From NCBI GenBank assembly GCA_050943915.1, contig JBMNQB010000001.1, positions 213,712 to 277,711 of the forward strand: a stretch of 64,000 nt of DNA, given 5' to 3'. The stretch is from Lawsonibacter sp. (GTDB lineage: Bacteria > Bacillota > Clostridia > Oscillospirales > Oscillospiraceae). The translations under genes and the position numbers were made by a program. Under the pieces are notes generated by a model, which saw only the letters and a program-made list of their open reading frames with translations, searched no databases and was not told where the DNA came from. Positions 46,365 through 56,998 of this stretch are shown here, piece after piece (position 1 is the stretch's first letter; the number at the start of each line of letters is the position of its first letter).

Positions 46365-48296
46365 TCAGTACAGCTTGGCGCCGGCGGGGATCCGGTCGTC
46401 CACCATCAGCAGGTTCAGGCCCTCATGACCGTCCTCCTCATGCACGGCGGAGATCAGCATTCCCTCCGAGGCGACGCCCATCATCTTGCGGGGCGGCAGG
46501 TTGACAATGGCGATGGCCGTCTTGCCCACCAGCTCCTCGGGCTCATAATACTCGTGGATCCCGCTGAGGATCACGCGGTCCTTTCCGGAGCCGTCATCCA
46601 GCACGAACTTCAGCAGCTTCTTGCTCTTGGGCACGGCGGAGCACTCCTTGATCTTCACCGCCCGGAAATCGGACTTGGAGAAGGTCTCAAAATCCACCTC
46701 TTCCTCAAACAGAGGCTCGATCTTCACCTTGGAGAAATCGATGGCCGCCTCCTTCTTCTCCTCCTGGGCGGCGGGGGCCTTGGCCTTGGCAGGGACGTCT
46801 GTGGGCTTCATGGTGGGGAAAAGGATGACCTCCCGGATGCTGTCCGAGTTGGTCAGCATCATCACGCACCGGTCGATGCCGATGCCCAGGCCGCCCGTGG
46901 GGGGCAGACCGTACTCCAAAGCGGTGATGAAGTCATCGTCCATCATGCCGGCCTCGTCGTCGCCCTTGTCCCGCAGCTCCACCTGCTTCTGGAAGCGCTC
47001 TCTCTGGTCGATGGGGTCGTTGAGCTCAGAGAAGGCGTTGCCCATCTCGCTGTGGCAGATAAACAGCTCAAACCGCTCGGTGAGGCGGGGATCCTTGGGG
47101 GAGCGCTTGGCCAGGGGGGACACGTCCACCGGGTGCATGGTGATGAAGGTGGGCTGGATCAGCTTCTCCTCCACCTTCTGGTCGAAGCACTCGTACAGGG
47201 CGTTGCCCCAGGTCTTTTCCGCCGTCTCGGGCAGCTCCACGCCGATGGACTTGGCGGCCGCCACGGCCTCCTCGTCGGAGGTGATGGCCATAAAGTCGAT
47301 GCCGCAGTACTGCTTCACCGCCTCATGCATGGGCAGGCGAGGCCAGCCGGGGGTCAGATCCAGCTTCTCGCCCTGCCACTCCAGCTGATAGGTGCCCAGC
47401 AGCTTCTGGGCGGCGGAGGTGAGCAGATCCTCAAACAGGTCCATCATGTCGTTGAAATCGGCGTAGGCCTGATACAGCTCGATGGTGGTGAACTCCGGGT
47501 TGTGCTTGGGGTCCATACCCTCGTTGCGGAAGATGCGGCCGATCTCATACACCCGGTCCATGCCGCCCACAATGAGCCGCTTCAGAGGCAGCTCAGTGGC
47601 GATGCGCATATACATATCGATATCCAGGGTGTTGTGGTGGGTGATGAAGGGGCGGGCGGTGGCGCCGCCGGAGATGGTGTTGAGAACGGGGGTCTCCACC
47701 TCCATAAAGCCCCGGTTGTCCATGAACTCCCGGACGTGCTTGATGAACTGGGAGCGGATGACAAAGTTCCGCTTCACCTCGGGATTGACGATCAGATCCA
47801 CATACCGCTGGCGGTAGCGCAGCTCCGTGTTGGTCAGGCCGTGGAACTTCTCCGGCAGGGGCAGCAGGGACTTGCTCAGCAGGGTCACCCGCTCCACCCG
47901 GACGGACATCTCGCCCCGCTGGGTGCGGAACACCACGCCCTTGACGCCTACGATGTCGCCAATGTCAAACTTCTTGAATCGGGCGTACTCCGCCTCGTCC
48001 ATCTCATCCCGGCGGGCATACAGCTGGATGCGCCCGGACTTGTCCTGCAAATCGCAGAAGGACACCTTACCCATGCCCCGCTTGGACATGAGCCGCCCGG
48101 CCACGGACACAGCCTGCCCCTCCAGGGCGTCAAAATTCGCCTTGATGTTGGCGCTGTCGTTGTCCACCTCATACCGGGTGATCTGGAAGGGGTCGTTCCC
48201 GCTCTCCTGAAGCTCCTTCAGCTTATCCCGACGGATCTGGAGCAGCTGAGACAGATTCTCCTCCTGGGGGACCTCCTGATTCTTCTTATCGGCCAT
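46365..48296 (-). CDS. lysS: Class II lysine--tRNA ligase with an appended C-terminal tRNA-binding (MetRS/Trbp111-like) domain
   Basis: [34 protein letters not shown]; extra DFRAVK...[14 protein letters not shown] domain. Confidence 0.96.
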   Translation of the reverse strand: MADKKNQEVPQEENLSQLLQIRRDKLKELQESGNDPFQITRYEVDNDSANIKANFDALEGQAVSVAGRLMSKRGMGKVSFCDLQDKSGRIQLYARRDEMDEAEYARFKKFDIGDIVGVKGVVFRTQRGEMSVRVERVTLLSKSLLPLPEKFHGLTNTELRYRQRYVDLIVNPEVKRNFVIRSQFIKHVREFMDNRGFMEVETPVLNTISGGATARPFITHHNTLDIDMYMRIATELPLKRLIVGGMDRVYEIGRIFRNEGMDPKHNPEFTTIELYQAYADFNDMMDLFEDLLTSAAQKLLGTYQLEWQGEKLDLTPGWPRLPMHEAVKQYCGIDFMAITSDEEAVAAAKSIGVELPETAEKTWGNALYECFDQKVEEKLIQPTFITMHPVDVSPLAKRSPKDPRLTERFELFICHSEMGNAFSELNDPIDQRERFQKQVELRDKGDDEAGMMDDDFITALEYGLPPTGGLGIGIDRCVMMLTNSDSIREVILFPTMKPTDVPAKAKAPAAQEEKKEAAIDFSKVKIEPLFEEEVDFETFSKSDFRAVKIKECSAVPKSKKLLKFVLDDGSGKDRVILSGIHEYYEPEELVGKTAIAIVNLPPRKMMGVASEGMLISAVHEEDGHEGLNLLMVDDRIPAGAKLY

Positions 48297-48354
48297 TGCT
48301 TCCACTCCTATCTTTCTTCCGGCGACGGCCGGCCTTGATCGTTGCTGTTATGAT

Positions 48355-48828
48355 TCAGCGCTCCACCTTGAGGATCTTGTACTCCACAGGGCCGGCGGGG
48401 GCGTCCACCGTCACCTCGTCCCCGGCGTTCTTGCCCAGCAGGGCCTTTCCGAAGGGGGAATCCTCCGAGATCACGCCGTTCATGGGATCGGCCTCCTGGG
48501 AGCCCACGATCTTATATACCTCAGTCTCGTCGAACTCCTTATCCAGCACAGTGACTGTGGAGCCGATGCGGACATACTCTCCGCCGTCGTCGCTGTCCTC
48601 AATGACCACACAGTTGCCCAGGATCTCCTCCACCTCGGCAATGCGGGAGTAGAGCTTGCCCTGCTCCGTCTTGGCCTCGTCGTACTCGCTGTTCTCGCTC
48701 AGGTCTCCGAAGGAGCGGGCCTCCTTGATCAGCTCGGCGACCTCCTTCTCCCGGACCGTCTTGAGGTAGGTCAGTTCGTCCTGAAGCTCCTTCAGCCGCT
48801 CCAGGGTCAGTTTATATTCTTTCGCCAT
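48355..48828 (-). CDS. greA: Transcription elongation factor GreA
   Basis: ARSFGDLSENSEYDEAK, ISEDSPFGKALLG. Confidence 0.96.
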   Translation of the reverse strand: MAKEYKLTLERLKELQDELTYLKTVREKEVAELIKEARSFGDLSENSEYDEAKTEQGKLYSRIAEVEEILGNCVVIEDSDDGGEYVRIGSTVTVLDKEFDETEVYKIVGSQEADPMNGVISEDSPFGKALLGKNAGDEVTVDAPAGPVEYKILKVER

Positions 48829-48956
48829 AAAGCCTTGCACACCTTTCCAAAGGGAGGCCGGGAGCCCGCGCTCCCGGTCCCGACGATATACCTTATAATA
48901 TAAAAATGGGCGCTATCACGCAGTATGTGTTATTATAGTGACTTTATTTCCAGCTG

Positions 48957-49637
48957 TCAAGTAAATTCTAGCCCCAGCCGTTCCCCCCGTCCAGCCTCCC
49001 AGAGCGCGGCCATCAGGGGGAGTTTTTCCCTGTCCTCCGGCTCCAGAGCAGCGGCCCTCAGACGGATCCCGGCCAGCTCGGGCTCCGGCCCGAACAGAGA
49101 CAGCACCCGCCGCCCCTCCAGCGCGCCTGTCCCGTCAAAGCGCACCGCAACCGGGATCTCTCCGCTGTCCGGCCGTATGGGCGCGCCAAATTCCCACCGC
49201 AGCCAGGCGGCCAGTTCCCCGCCCCCCACCGGCGCAGCGACAGCCACATCCCGCACCCGGGGACACAGGAACTCTGCCGCCCGGACCATGTCCCGGTCCA
49301 CCCGCCGGCCCCGGAGGGCCACCGTCCCCTGCCGGAGCGGGATCCCCTCCCGGCGGAGCGCCGCCACAGCCAGCCCGCCGGCGCAGGCCCGGAGGAAGGG
49401 GACCGGATCCACCGGTCCCAGCCCCCACCGGTACAGCAGCTGCCAGCGGCAAAACTCCTCCGGGACCAGCACCCGGCGCACCCCCAGGCGGGCCAGCCGC
49501 CGGGCCGCCCGCTTCAGCCGCCCGGACTCCCCCCAGCCGCCGGGTCGCACCTCCGCCCGCAGCACCGTCAGGCCGTACCGCTCCTGCCGCCGGGGCCGAC
49601 CATCCCCGCCGGCACAGTATACCAGCTCTCCCAGCAT
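48957..49637 (-). CDS. Hypothetical protein (possibly sporulation-associated)
   Basis: 226 aa ORF with RBS, co-oriented with neighbours; no confident family. Confidence 0.6.
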   Translation of the reverse strand: MLGELVYCAGGDGRPRRQERYGLTVLRAEVRPGGWGESGRLKRAARRLARLGVRRVLVPEEFCRWQLLYRWGLGPVDPVPFLRACAGGLAVAALRREGIPLRQGTVALRGRRVDRDMVRAAEFLCPRVRDVAVAAPVGGGELAAWLRWEFGAPIRPDSGEIPVAVRFDGTGALEGRRVLSLFGPEPELAGIRLRAAALEPEDREKLPLMAALWEAGRGERLGLEFT

Positions 49638-49749
49638 CCTTCCGCCCCCTCTCCTGGAAGGATATGCCGGAGCCCCCTCCGGTATCCGTTTTTCCCACCT
49701 GAACGCACAGGAGCGGCCGTCCTGCGGGCGGCCGCTCCTGCGATCATAT

Positions 49750-50985
49750 TTACTTGATCCGGACCCCGGAAATGGTGAGAGGCAGGCTTTGGAAGTAATT
49801 GATGGGATCCTGCCGGCTTCCGTTCACCCGGATCTCCAGGTGGAGGTGATTGCCGGTGGAGGAGCCCGTGGTCCCCACATAGCCGATGACCTGTCCCTGG
49901 GAAACCGTCTGCCCCTTGGATGCGTTGCGGCGGCTCATGTGGGCATACAGGGTGGAGGTGCCGTCGCTGTGGCTGACCACCACATAGTTGCCGTACGAGC
50001 TGTTGTAGGTGGAGGTGGTGACCACGCCGCTCTTGCACGCCAGAATGGAGGTGCCGGAGGGGGCGGGGACGTCGATGCCGGTGTGGTTGTTGGCCTTTCC
50101 AGTCACCGGGTGCTTCCGGCTCCCATACAGTGAGGACAGGTTGTACCGGCCGGGCAGCGGCCACAGGAATCCCGATTCGCTGGGCACATTGGCGATCTGG
50201 CTGGCCAGCTCCTTCTCCGCCGCCCGGATCTCCGCATCCGCCGCGTTGGCCGCCGCCTGGAGCTTGGCCTCCGCCGCCTTCACCTGGCTCTCCTGGCCGC
50301 TGATCTCCGTGATCAGGGCGTCCACCTGGGCCTGCTGGGACTTCAGCTCCGCCTTGGCCGCCTCCTGCTCCGCTTTGGCGTCCTTCTGCTCCTGCCGGGC
50401 AGTCTCCAGGGCCGTTTTGTCGGCCTCGATCTGTTCCCGGATGGCGATGAGTTCATTCATCACCTGGTTGTCATAGTCCATGATCTCTTCCACCATCATG
50501 GCATTGTCCAGCAGATCGGAAAAACTGTCGGATCCGAACAGGATGGACCAGTAGGAGACCTCGCCCTTCTCCTCCATCTCCCGCACCCGCTTGCAGAACA
50601 GGTCGTACTGGGCCCGCTCCTTCTCCTCTGTGACCGCCAGTTCTGTCTCCTTCTGGGCGATCAGCTGGTCATACTGGGTGATCTGGGCCGCAATATTGTT
50701 GATCTCTGCCTGGGTCGCATTGATCTGCTGCTCCAGCAGGGCCTTCTGGTCCAAGGCCTTGCTCTTGTCCGCCTGGATGGCCTTCAGCTGCTTTTGCAGC
50801 TCTGCCCGCTGGCTCTTCAGCGCAGCCGCGTCCTTTTTCATCTGGTCGATCTCCGCCTGGGTCACGGCGGAGGACGGAAGGATCACCGCGTCAGGCAGGA
50901 CTGGCAGCACCATCAGCGCCACCAGCGCCGCGGAACACAGGCGGATGAGCCAGCGCCGGCCCCGCCCCTTCTCTCGCTTTTCCAT
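49750..50985 (-). CDS. Coiled-coil plus M23 peptidase (EnvC/CwlO-like FtsEX partner)
   Basis: Signal/TM segment, long coiled coil, HTGID and STGNHLHLE M23 motifs. Confidence 0.9.
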   Translation of the reverse strand: MEKREKGRGRRWLIRLCSAALVALMVLPVLPDAVILPSSAVTQAEIDQMKKDAAALKSQRAELQKQLKAIQADKSKALDQKALLEQQINATQAEINNIAAQITQYDQLIAQKETELAVTEEKERAQYDLFCKRVREMEEKGEVSYWSILFGSDSFSDLLDNAMMVEEIMDYDNQVMNELIAIREQIEADKTALETARQEQKDAKAEQEAAKAELKSQQAQVDALITEISGQESQVKAAEAKLQAAANAADAEIRAAEKELASQIANVPSESGFLWPLPGRYNLSSLYGSRKHPVTGKANNHTGIDVPAPSGTSILACKSGVVTTSTYNSSYGNYVVVSHSDGTSTLYAHMSRRNASKGQTVSQGQVIGYVGTTGSSTGNHLHLEIRVNGSRQDPINYFQSLPLTISGVRIK

Positions 50986-50995
50986 GGACGCCACC

Positions 50996-51094
50996 TCAGC
51001 GCACAAAGATGTTGGCGATCATGGGCAGGATCATCAGCGCCGCCATGATCCCCGCCATCAGGGCCATCAGCTTTTTTCGTTTCTTGGGTCCCAT
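50996..51094 (-). CDS. Small 32-aa basic-then-hydrophobic membrane peptide
   Basis: MGPKKRKKLMALMAGIMAALMILPMIANIFVR*; AAAGGAG RBS; fills the ftsX-M23 gap; below the ORF-track cutoff. Confidence 0.65.
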   Translation of the reverse strand: MGPKKRKKLMALMAGIMAALMILPMIANIFVR

Positions 51095-51112
51095 CACAAG
51101 CTCCTTTCCCGC

Positions 51113-52003
51113 TTAAACCTGCAAAAACTTCCGAATGGCCAGCACCGAGCCCACCACGCCGATAAACAGGCCCGCACCGACGAACACCGGCAGGATGTGG
51201 GCGATCATGCTCTGGAAGGGCAGGATGGTCAGCAGGGACAGTCCGTTGGACTGGATCACAGCCCGTCCAACCAGCTCATACACCGCCCACTGGAGCAGGA
51301 AGGCCACCAGCGCCCCGGTCAGGCCCAGCAGCATCCCCTCCACGATGAAGGGCCAGCGAATGAAGGAGTTGGTCGCCCCGCACATCTTCATAATGGCGAT
51401 CTCCTCCCGGCGGTAGAAGAAAGCCAGCTTGATGGTGTTGGCAATGATGAACAGGGACACCACCGCCAGCATGGCCACCAGCACCGCCGCCACGCCGGTG
51501 GCGATGTTGCGCACCAGCACAAAGCCCTGGGCGATGTCATAGGCGGCGTTCACATCGGCCACGCCGGTGATCGTCTGCACCTGCTCTGAGGTCGCCTTCA
51601 GTTGCTTGATATCCTGCACATGGATGCGGAACCGGTCGCGGAGCACCTCGTCGGGCAGGTCGGCCAGCAGCTCGTTGTTCTCCCGGCCCGTCCGGAAATC
51701 ATTCATAGCCTCCGCCCGGGAGACGAAAGTCACCTGGGACACGTTTGGAATGGCCTCGATCTTGCCCTGGAGCGCCTTGGCCTGTTCTTCGGTGTAGTTC
51801 TCATCCACATAGGCCAGAAATTCGTTCTCTGCCTCCAGGTCCCCCAGCATATTGTCCAGATTCACCGCCACCAGGGTAAAAGAGCCCATGATGAGCAGAC
51901 AGGCTACGATCATGCACACGGCGGCAAAGGACATAAAGCCATGGGTAAAAATCGAGTGAAAGCCTTCGCTGAAATAGTATTGTACGTCAAATTTTTTCGC
52001 CAT
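51113..52003 (-). CDS. ftsX: Cell division permease FtsX
   Basis: EGFHSIFTH, NTIKLAFFYRREEIAIMKMCGATNSFIRWPF. Confidence 0.93.
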   Translation of the reverse strand: MAKKFDVQYYFSEGFHSIFTHGFMSFAAVCMIVACLLIMGSFTLVAVNLDNMLGDLEAENEFLAYVDENYTEEQAKALQGKIEAIPNVSQVTFVSRAEAMNDFRTGRENNELLADLPDEVLRDRFRIHVQDIKQLKATSEQVQTITGVADVNAAYDIAQGFVLVRNIATGVAAVLVAMLAVVSLFIIANTIKLAFFYRREEIAIMKMCGATNSFIRWPFIVEGMLLGLTGALVAFLLQWAVYELVGRAVIQSNGLSLLTILPFQSMIAHILPVFVGAGLFIGVVGSVLAIRKFLQV

Positions 52004-52676
52004 TGTAATACCCGCCTGTCTCGTCGCTGATGATGCGTCCGTCCTCGATGGCCACCACCCGCTTGGCAAAGCGGTTGACCAGATTCTTCTCGTGGGTCAC
52101 CACCAGCACGGTGGTGCCCAGCTCATTGATCCGCTCCAGCAGCATCATGATCTCCAGGGAGCGGCTGGGATCCAGGTTCCCGGTGGGCTCGTCGGCGATG
52201 ATCATATTGGGGTTGTTCACCAGCGCCCGGGCAATGGCCACGCGCTGCTGCTCCCCGCCGGAGAGCTGGCCGGGATAGCGGTCCGCCTTCTGATCCAGCC
52301 CCACCAGCTGGAGGACATAGGGGATGCGCCGCTTCAGATCCCGGCTGGAGGCCCCAATGGCCCGCATGGCAAAGGCCAGATTTTCGTATACGGTTTTCTT
52401 GTCGATCAGGCGGAAATCCTGAAAGATGATCCCCAGAGTCCGGCGCATCAGGGGGACCTGGCGGGGACTGATATTGTTCAGACTGTACCCGTTGACCATC
52501 AGCTTCCCCTGAGTCAGGGCGATCTCACCGGTGATCAGCTTGATGATGGTGGACTTCCCGGAGCCGGAGGGCCCCACCAGAAAGACAAATTCTCCGTCGT
52601 CAATGCGGAGATTGACCCCCTTCAGGGCCTTCGTCCCGTTGTCGTACTCTTTATAGACGTCGATAAATCGTATCAT
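51987..52676 (-). CDS. ftsE: Cell division ATP-binding protein FtsE
   Basis: GPSGSGKST, FQDFRL, LSGGEQQRVAIARA, ADEPTGNLDP. Confidence 0.95.
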   Translation of the reverse strand: MIRFIDVYKEYDNGTKALKGVNLRIDDGEFVFLVGPSGSGKSTIIKLITGEIALTQGKLMVNGYSLNNISPRQVPLMRRTLGIIFQDFRLIDKKTVYENLAFAMRAIGASSRDLKRRIPYVLQLVGLDQKADRYPGQLSGGEQQRVAIARALVNNPNMIIADEPTGNLDPSRSLEIMMLLERINELGTTVLVVTHEKNLVNRFAKRVVAIEDGRIISDETGGYYNGEKI

Positions 52677-52931
52677 GTATGTATATCCTCACCCGTTTTG
52701 TTTTCCTGCGGCGCACAGGGCGTACCGCCGCTCCCGGTCGGATCTCCCCGGAACAAGGTTTACTACTAGGTTACACCCGTAACCTAGCCTTGTCAATGGG
52801 AATTTGCGGTTTTATGTCACCTTTTTTCGCCGCCGGGATAAAGCCCTGCCGGCAGTGAAAAAAGATGGCACAAAACAGAAAAAGGGCCTCCGTCCGCCTT
52901 TCGGCAGACGGAGGCCCCGTATCTCATTCGG

Positions 52932-54023
52932 TCAGGACTCGATCCCCCGGGAGATCAGGTACTTTTTGACCATCAGCGCCACCTTGAAGGTGATGGCGTC
53001 GTCAAACTCCCGCAGATCCAGCCCGGTGAGCTTTTTGATCTTTTCCAGCCGGTAAACCAGGGTATTCCGGTGGACGAACAGCTTGCGTGCCGTCTCAGAC
53101 ACGTTCAGATTGTTCTCAAAGAACTTGTTGATGGTGAGCAGGGTCTCCTGATCCAGGGCGTCGATGGGGTTCTTCTTAAAGACCTCCTGAAGGAACATCT
53201 GGCACAGAATGGTGGGCAGCTGATAGATCAGGCGGCCGATGCCCAGATTCTCATAGTTGATGACCGTCTTTTCCGTGTCGAACACCTTGCCCACGTCGAT
53301 GGCCACCCCGGCCTCCTTATAGGCCCGGGCCAGATCCCGGATATGGTTGACCACGGTGCCGATGCCGATGACCACCTTGATCCCCAGCTCCTGGGTGACG
53401 GCGGTGGCGATCTGCTTGGCGATGCGCTGAAGCTCCTTGGCGTCCGCGCCCTCGGGCAGCTGCTTGATGAGGGCCACGTCGGTCTCATTGATGGAGATGA
53501 CAAAGTCCACCTGCTTGTCCGGGAAGAGGTTTTGGATCACGTCGATGGTGCTCACATCGGCGGGGCCCAGCTGCCGCACCAGGAACGCGGCGCGGGGTGC
53601 CTCAGAGACAAAATGCAGCTCCTTGGCCTGGGTATAGATATCTCCCAGCAGGATATTGTCCGAGATGATATTCTTGACAAAGGTGGCCTTGTCGTGCTTC
53701 TCCTCATAATAGGCCTTGGCCCCGTTGAAGGCCACCACCGCCATGGCGCACAGGGCAGAGGCGGTCTCATCCTCCCCCCGCACAAAGGCGGCATAGTCGA
53801 ACTGGGCGCCCCAGCCCGCCAGCGGCCGGAAGGTCTTATCCTCAAAATGAGCGACGGCATGATCCGCAGAATTGACAGCGGCCACAGCCCCGGACCAGTG
53901 CTCGCCGATGCACGTCAGCTCGCTGCACGCCACCACGACTCCGTCCGCATCGATCACTCCTACTGTACGGTCGATACTGTCCTTCATTTGGAGTACGACT
54001 CCCTGAAACATCCTGCTGGACAC
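52932..54023 (-). CDS. CdaR/PucR-family regulator
   Basis: C-terminal NVSETARKLFVHRNTLVYRLEKI HTH. Confidence 0.9.
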   Translation of the reverse strand: MSSRMFQGVVLQMKDSIDRTVGVIDADGVVVACSELTCIGEHWSGAVAAVNSADHAVAHFEDKTFRPLAGWGAQFDYAAFVRGEDETASALCAMAVVAFNGAKAYYEEKHDKATFVKNIISDNILLGDIYTQAKELHFVSEAPRAAFLVRQLGPADVSTIDVIQNLFPDKQVDFVISINETDVALIKQLPEGADAKELQRIAKQIATAVTQELGIKVVIGIGTVVNHIRDLARAYKEAGVAIDVGKVFDTEKTVINYENLGIGRLIYQLPTILCQMFLQEVFKKNPIDALDQETLLTINKFFENNLNVSETARKLFVHRNTLVYRLEKIKKLTGLDLREFDDAITFKVALMVKKYLISRGIES

Positions 54024-54246
54024 GTTTGATCCCTCCCAAGTTATTTCTCACATCTGAATCCGTGTTTTCTGTTTCTTGCACGGGGCTCCGCCCCGGTCTC
54101 TCACGCTCTATCCCGGACGTGCCGCCTCAGGCGCATCCGTCCGGCGGCACGCGATACGCTATTGACATTATAACGGCTCACCCTCCGGTTTGGCAAGAGG
54201 GTTTTTGAATTTTTTTGTGGAAAACGCCCAAATCCAGAGCCTTTTC

Positions 54247-54963
54247 TTACCCAAACCTGCTCAGAGCCAGCACTTCCTCCCGGGTGAGGGAACGCCACTC
54301 CCCCGGAGCCAACCCCTCATCCAGCCGCAGCGGGCCCATGGAGAGCCGCTTGAGGTAGGTCACCGGCTTACCCCGGGCCGCCATCATCCGCTTCACCTGG
54401 TGATACTTTCCCTCTCTCAGGGTGACCAGGCAGGTCCGGCCGTCTCCCAGCGGCTCCAGTCCGGCGGGCAGGCAGTGCAGTCCGTCTCCCAGCACCATGC
54501 CCCGGGCCAGGGCCTCCACGTCGCTCTGATCCGCCACGCCGTCCAGATGGGCCAGGTATACCTTGTCCACATGGCGCTTTGGGGAAAGCAGGGCGTGCCC
54601 CAGCGGGCCGTCGTCTGTGAGGAGGAGCAGCCCCTCGGTATCCTTGTCCAGCCGCCCCACCGGGAACAGGCCCCGGCGGCGCAGATGCTCCGGCAGCAGA
54701 TCCAGCACCGTCCGCTGATCCCGGTCCTCCGTGGCGGACAGCAGGCCTGCCGGCTTGTGGAGCATCAGATAGACATGGGGGGCGCAGTCCACCCTCTGGC
54801 CGTCCACCGTCAGCTCAGCCTCCGCCGGGTCCCATTTCTCCTCCGGGCGGAGCACCGGCCGGCCATTGGCCAGGACCCTGCCCTGACGGACCAGGTCCTT
54901 GACCTCCTTCCGGGACCAGCGGCCCGTGGAGGCCAGCAGCTTATCCAGTCGCTCCAGGGCCAC
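54247..54963 (-). CDS. RsuA-family pseudouridine synthase
   Basis: S4 domain (RLDKLL), GRLDKDTEGLLLLT, EGKYHQVKRM. Confidence 0.92.
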   Translation of the reverse strand: MALERLDKLLASTGRWSRKEVKDLVRQGRVLANGRPVLRPEEKWDPAEAELTVDGQRVDCAPHVYLMLHKPAGLLSATEDRDQRTVLDLLPEHLRRRGLFPVGRLDKDTEGLLLLTDDGPLGHALLSPKRHVDKVYLAHLDGVADQSDVEALARGMVLGDGLHCLPAGLEPLGDGRTCLVTLREGKYHQVKRMMAARGKPVTYLKRLSMGPLRLDEGLAPGEWRSLTREEVLALSRFG

Positions 54964-55143
54964 ACCGTTCAGCTCCTCTCCTCCGGGCGCTTTGGATCTT
55001 CACCCGGTCTTTTCACACGTTTGCTTATTGTACCAAAAACTTTGGGCAAGTTCAACACTTTTTTGTGCTGTCTCAGATCAGGCATACCCCTGTCCCAGGC
55101 CGCATAGATATGGAACAGCCAGGATGGGAAGGAGAAATGCCCT

Positions 55144-55647
55144 GTGTTGATCGTCACTGCCAAGCTGCCCAGACGGAAGCTGGCCCTCGGCGCGGCCGCC
55201 GCCGCACTGCTGTGCTGCGCCGCTCTGGTGCTGAACCTGGCCCCCGCCGGCTGCCAGACGGCCGCCGCCCCCGCCGGCATCCCCAGCGTCAAGGGGATCC
55301 GGACCAACGCCGACCGGGTGGCATATCTCAATGACTGCGGCTGGCAGGTCACAGAGGAGCCGCTGGCCGTGGAGGAGATCCGCATCCCGGAGGAGATGGA
55401 TGAGAGCTACCGCCGCTATCTGGAGCTTCAGACCGCCCAGGGCTTTGATCTGGAGCGGTATGCCGGCCGGCGGATCAGGCGCTATACCTATGAAGTCACC
55501 AACTATCCCACCGGGGAGTCCGGCGTGCAGGCCAATCTGATGCTCTACCGCACCACTGTGGTGGGGGGTGAGATCCTCTCCCCCCGCATGGACGGCTTCG
55601 TCCACGGCCTGCTTGATCCCTCCTCTGACGGGCAGCGCGCCTCCTAA
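55144..55647 (+). CDS. DUF4830-like exported protein
   Basis: N-terminal TM; RVAYL..GW, YLELQTAQGFDL, YTYEVTNYP, GGEI segments. Confidence 0.7.
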   Translation: MLIVTAKLPRRKLALGAAAAALLCCAALVLNLAPAGCQTAAAPAGIPSVKGIRTNADRVAYLNDCGWQVTEEPLAVEEIRIPEEMDESYRRYLELQTAQGFDLERYAGRRIRRYTYEVTNYPTGESGVQANLMLYRTTVVGGEILSPRMDGFVHGLLDPSSDGQRAS

Positions 55648-55728
55648 GCCGGGGCCCTCAGACGCCCCCTTTTCGACACAGTCTCAGCCGGGGCCGGAAG
55701 CTCAAACGAGCGTCCGGCCCCGGCCTTT

Positions 55729-56391
55729 TTATGCCCTTGGAAACAGGCGCGCCTCCAGCTCTGGGGGAAGCTGCTCCAGACTGTCCACCCAGCTGCCGCA
55801 CAGGCGGCGCAGTTCCTCCTCCCGGCCGGCGTACAAGGGATCCCGCACCCCCGCCACATGAAAGCCCGCCGCCCCCGCTGCGGCGCAGTAGCCGGGCGAG
55901 TCCTCAAACAGGACGCAGCGCTCCGGCGGGACCCCCCACCGTGCCGCCGCCAGGCGGTACAGGGCCGGATCCCGTTTCTCCAGCCCCGTCTCCTGGGTGG
56001 TGACCACTCCCCGGAACCAGTCTGCGATCCCGTGGCGCTCCAGAGCCGCCCGGCACAGCTCCGGCATACAGGAGGTGAGCACCGCCATGTCCCACCCCTG
56101 TCTCCGGCAGCGCTCCAGTAGGGCCCGCGCCCCCGGCTTCAGCTCCAGCTTCCCGGCGTAGGCCGCCCGGGCCATCCGGAGCCACGCCTGCCGGATCTCC
56201 TCCGCTGTCTCCGGCAGGCCAAAGCGTGTCCGGGTGTACCGGGCTGCGTCCAGCGGGCTGTGGTGGGTCACATACTCCGTATAGTCCTCCGGCACTGGGG
56301 CGATCCCATGCTGCCCCAGAAATTCAATGTCAATCTCCAGCCAGATCCCGTTGGAATCCAGCAGAGTTCCGTCCAGATCAAAAAACAGCAT
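55729..56391 (-). CDS. HAD-family phosphatase
   Basis: FDLDGTLLDS, VLTS, LFEDS motifs. Confidence 0.9.
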   Translation of the reverse strand: MLFFDLDGTLLDSNGIWLEIDIEFLGQHGIAPVPEDYTEYVTHHSPLDAARYTRTRFGLPETAEEIRQAWLRMARAAYAGKLELKPGARALLERCRRQGWDMAVLTSCMPELCRAALERHGIADWFRGVVTTQETGLEKRDPALYRLAAARWGVPPERCVLFEDSPGYCAAAGAAGFHVAGVRDPLYAGREEELRRLCGSWVDSLEQLPPELEARLFPRA

Positions 56392-56998
56392 CGTCCTCCC
56401 CCTCCTCCGGCTGGAACCAGAAGCGCCAGGGAAACTCCGCCGCCTCCTGGGCATAGTCGATCCCGATCCTCGGCCCCGTCCGGACCCGCTCCGGAGCCGG
56501 AGCCGGCCCCGGGCAGACATAGAGGGGGGGCTCCAGCAGATCCAGCCCGTTTTCCGCCCGGGTGAGGGCCAGTCCCCGGCACAGCTTGCCCGGCCCGTTG
56601 AGAAAGTTCCGGCGCTGGGCCGCGGTGAGTTCTTTTTCCTTGCGGCCAAAGCGGTTCTCTGCTATAATGTCTCTGTTTTCCACTGGGATGGCCCCCCGGA
56701 TCAGAACCGCGCAGGGCTCCCCCTCCGCCTCGGTGACAAAATTGAGGCAGTGGTACATTCCATAGATCAAATAGAGATACGCGGTCCCGGGACGAGCAAA
56801 CAGGGTCTCCGTCCGGGCAGTCCGCCTGTATTGATAGGCGTGGCACGCCTTGTCCATCCGGCCGATGTACGCCTCCGTCTCCGTGATGCGGCACACCAGC
56901 CTCCCCCGGACTGTCTCCCGGACCAGGTACTGTCCCAACAGGTCCCGGGCCACCGTCAGGGTGTCCCGGTCATAAAAGCTTCTGGGCAGCGGCTGCAA
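56378..56998 (-). CDS. mpg: DNA-3-methyladenine glycosylase (MPG/AAG family)
   Basis: RITETEAY, YLIYGMYHCLN, VLIRG, NGPGKLC, PRIGI, PWRF. Confidence 0.93.
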   Translation of the reverse strand: MQPLPRSFYDRDTLTVARDLLGQYLVRETVRGRLVCRITETEAYIGRMDKACHAYQYRRTARTETLFARPGTAYLYLIYGMYHCLNFVTEAEGEPCAVLIRGAIPVENRDIIAENRFGRKEKELTAAQRRNFLNGPGKLCRGLALTRAENGLDLLEPPLYVCPGPAPAPERVRTGPRIGIDYAQEAAEFPWRFWFQPEEGEDDAVF

